Source of the DNA: Octopus sinensis
Taxonomy: Eukaryota
Length of the DNA stretch: 64,000 nucleotides
Direction: 5' to 3'
NCBI RefSeq assembly: GCF_006345805.1
Contig: NC_043005.1
Location: 57,474,001 to 57,538,000, forward strand
The notes below the pieces were generated by a model. The model was given only the letters and a program-made list of their open reading frames with translations, did not search any database and was not told the origin of the DNA. Of this stretch, positions 60,991 through 64,000 are shown piece after piece (position 1 is the first letter of the stretch; each line of letters starts with the position of its first letter). Made by a program: the position numbers and the translations under genes.

Positions 60991-62129
60991 ACATAAACGT
61001 ATGCATGTACATAATATCCTGGGTATGACTAAATTACATCTGGTAATTTGGTCCTGGTAATGGAGCCCCGGGGTTTTGAGGAGTGTGGAGTCACCCATTA
61101 GCCTCTATTCCCAGATTTACTCTGATCCGGAGTAATAGCACATGTTAATGTTCCAGCTATGGATAACTAGCATGTGAAGCACTGGGAGTGAAGGAAACCT
61201 AATTCTCCTTAGAACTTCCTTCTAAGAGAAGGTAAATTCGTATATATAAAAAACCTATTCCACAGGTGTTATAATTGACCGCACTGAAAAGTGGGGTCAG
61301 ATTTGTGAAAAAACTTTGTCCCCTAAAAACAAATTCACGCACCGGAACTTTTTGGACTCTCGGACCATTTACATGGACTTAATGAATTTAAGAAGTGCTC
61401 TTACTTAGTCACCTATGTATGTATGTATGTATGTATGTATGTATGTATGTATGTATGTATGTATGTATGTATGTATGTATGTATGTATGTATGTATGTGT
61501 GTATTCATGTATCTATACAAATAAATTCAAAATAAGGTAAATATTTTAAAGCTATTTTAACACTAACAATGGGGAATTTGTAGGTAGTGTAACTTAATAC
61601 TAAGAATAGGGTTTCCACGTTTCGCTTATCAGTGTTTTCATCAGGCAAAAGCTAAGGTTTCAGTCTTCTTGATATTGGATTTCAGGATCTCGTCTAGTAC
61701 GCACTCACTACATAATAAAGAAATTAAAAACACGAAATAAAGAACACAACTTAGACTTGTCTATAATAATGAAAACCGCTCCATATAAGACGCAGACTAG
61801 AAACTTTAAGTTATGCATTAAGGAAGCAATTAGTATTCTTCATTGCATGTAGAGATAAGTAGTTTTCTTCAGAAAATAACTGGTTTAGAACTCTGAACCT
61901 GCGAAAATTTTAGTCTCCATCGATTTATTTAACTTAACATCTGGAAACTAAACAAATTTTTATAAATGCATAAACCTAAAATTCCAATATATTATAGATA
62001 TCTTAATTTATTGATAGCTTATACTATCAATTGAGCTAAGTTCCAAGTTTGAACCCATTAACCTTCCATGTAAATGGAAGTGATTTTTATGAATTGTCAA
62101 TTAAATTTATATATATATATATATATACA

Positions 62130-62510
62130 CAAAATGGGACAAGAACGCAAAAAATCCAGACAGTTAGGTGATACAAGGAAGGGACAACAAAACATCCAGA
62201 TAGACGATTCAAAGAAAACAAGTACGGGTCATTCGGACTATTCTTTCCTCAGTCGAGTTCCAGATTATCTTTGCAATTTCGGCTGGTTATACTCGAGATT
62301 GCTCCAATCTGGCCAGGCCCAAGGAAAAACTAAGCTAAGAGCATTAGATTCCTTGGAAGAAAGCAGCGAATGTATATGAAAACAAGGACGGAAATAAAGG
62401 AAGAAATTTACACAAATGCAAATAACAGGACATAACAACAGGTGTCTTTCGACCTAGGACGATTTAAATTAAGCTGGTGTATGTGGAAGTAAAGCCTATA
62501 ATAAGAATAT
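62130..62510. mobile_element. About 380-bp element flanked by (TA)n; family of 1540-1645
   Basis: Shared motifs with the 1540 insert. Confidence 0.5.
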
Positions 62511-62531
62511 ATATATATATATACTTATTAT

Positions 62532-62884
62532 TTGTTTCAGTCCTTTGACTGTGGCCATGCTGGAGCACCGCCTTTAGTCGAGCAAATCGACTCCAGGACT
62601 TATTCTTTGTAAGCCTAGTACTTATTCTATCCGTCTCTTTTGCCGAACCGCTAAGTTACGGGGACGTAAACACACCAGCATCGGTTGTCAAGCGATGGTG
62701 GGGGCACGATCACACACACGCACATATACGATGGGCTTCTTTCAGTTCCGGTCTACCAAATCCACTCACAAGGTCGGCCGAGGCTATAGTAGAAGACACT
62801 TGACCAAAGTGCTACGCAATGGGACTGAACCCAGAACCATGTGGTTGGTAAGAAAGCTACTTACCACACAGCCACTCCTGCGCC
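62532..62884 (-). mobile_element. SINE family A, full length
   Basis: Colinear with family A copies. Confidence 0.9.
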
Positions 62885-63231
62885 TGTACAATATTTTTTC
62901 AAATATTTCAAAAATAAAAGTTTTATTTAACCAAATTTTTTTCCATGACTAAAATTTTGCGTTGATCTCATCTATCTACCTGCCATGTCTTTGGATTTAC
63001 CTTAAAATTGATCATCAATAATCTAATAGTTTATTTAAGCGTTTAACTTAGGTACCATTTGCCTACCTCCTCTCGCATGAACAATATGCTTCTTCGTTTC
63101 GGCTTCCGTAATTTAAAATTTTAATGTTATCTTAAAACGTCTTTATGCTTCCAAATTATATATTTTGAACTCTTAAATCTCTTGAATCTTTTAAATGTAC
63201 CTCTGATAAGAGAAATGTGGTCAATTATTAA

Positions 63232-64000
63232 GAAAATGTGGAACGCGTCAGACAAGCTTTGATACGGAGTTCGGATCGCTCTGCTCGGAGGCATTCCATT
63301 GAACTTGGCATTGATAATCGATAGATAAGGCGTATTTTGTATGAAAACCTCCATTTCCACCCGCACAAATTGGTCATTGGGCAACAGTTGAAACCACGGG
63401 ATTATGCACAGCGGCTTAACTTCACACGTTAGATGGAAGCAGTTTTTTGAGGCACATAAAAATCTCATTTTGTTAATGAGTGATGAAGCTCATTTTCATC
63501 TCAATGCTATGGTGAATCAACAGAACTGTCATTATTGGGCTCTTGAAAATCCGAGAGAACTGAACGAAAGACCACTGCACAGCCAAAAAGTGACGGTCTA
63601 GTGTGCTACTGGAAAATCTGCCGTTATTGGTCCTTACTTTTTTGAAAACAATAATGGAAATACTGTTACAGTGAACTCAGAGCGTTACATCAAGATGATA
63701 AACAACTTATTTGCGCCTGACTTATGACGAAAACGTATGCCTATTCGACGTGTGTGGTTTCAGCAGGATGGGGCGACGGCCCACACGACCAGAGCATCAA
63801 TGGACGTTCTTTGCCCTCTCTTCGGTGACCGCCTCATTTCCAGGTTTGCTGACATTCGGTCCGCTGATTTGTCCATGTGTGATTATTTCTTGTCGGGAAA
63901 TCTCAAGGCAGGTGTATGCGCACAAGGCCCGTACATATGAGGATCTGAAGGAAGCTATTCGCGGGGAAGTCGCCCAAATCGACAGAGCAATGCTGGAGAG
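63232..64000 (+). pseudogene. DD41D (rosa/Visitor)-like transposase, degenerate, runs off the window end
   Basis: ENVERVR..S.RRHS; SDEAHFHL..VNQQNC.YW..ENP..PLHSQKVTV; FQQDGATAHT..DL..CDYFL. Confidence 0.8.

Noticed and set aside
61612-61648. CTGATGA...GAAACG motif on the minus strand
   Set aside because: Stem II does not pair and position 17 is G; at best a dead relic
62220-62260. Possible HHR on the minus strand (CTGAGGA..TCC-GAA) and its relative at 1590-1625 (CTGAAGA)
   Set aside because: No consistent stem I/III or NUH site could be built in either copy

Overview
AT-rich, repeat-saturated eukaryotic DNA, intronic or intergenic. The SINE families, dense (TA)n/(CATA)n/(ATCT)n microsatellites and transposon mix point to a coleoid cephalopod, most likely Octopus (inference). 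I recognise no host protein-coding exon; almost all ORF-track entries are translated microsatellites. Contents: five tRNA-derived SINE families (labelled A-E here); Penelope-like element (PLE) RT and GIY-YIG remnants, including one nearly intact 1.5 kb copy; R4/Dong-like, RTE and CR1/L2-like LINE fragments; four IS630-Tc1-mariner families (DD34D, DD36E, DD37D, DD41D-like); several Helitrons; a solo LTR; MITEs; and several foldback palindromes. The most striking unannotated signal is about ten minimal type-I hammerhead ribozyme (HHR) motifs in at least six unrelated short PLE-type terminal repeats (pLTRs), many next to (TA)n. Some carry the compensatory U3-A8 core variant. A tRNA-Ser-like SINE (two copies) ends in a degenerate HHR-bearing PLE-like tail, which makes it a candidate PLE-mobilised SINE. 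All structure and family calls were made by eye and are untested.
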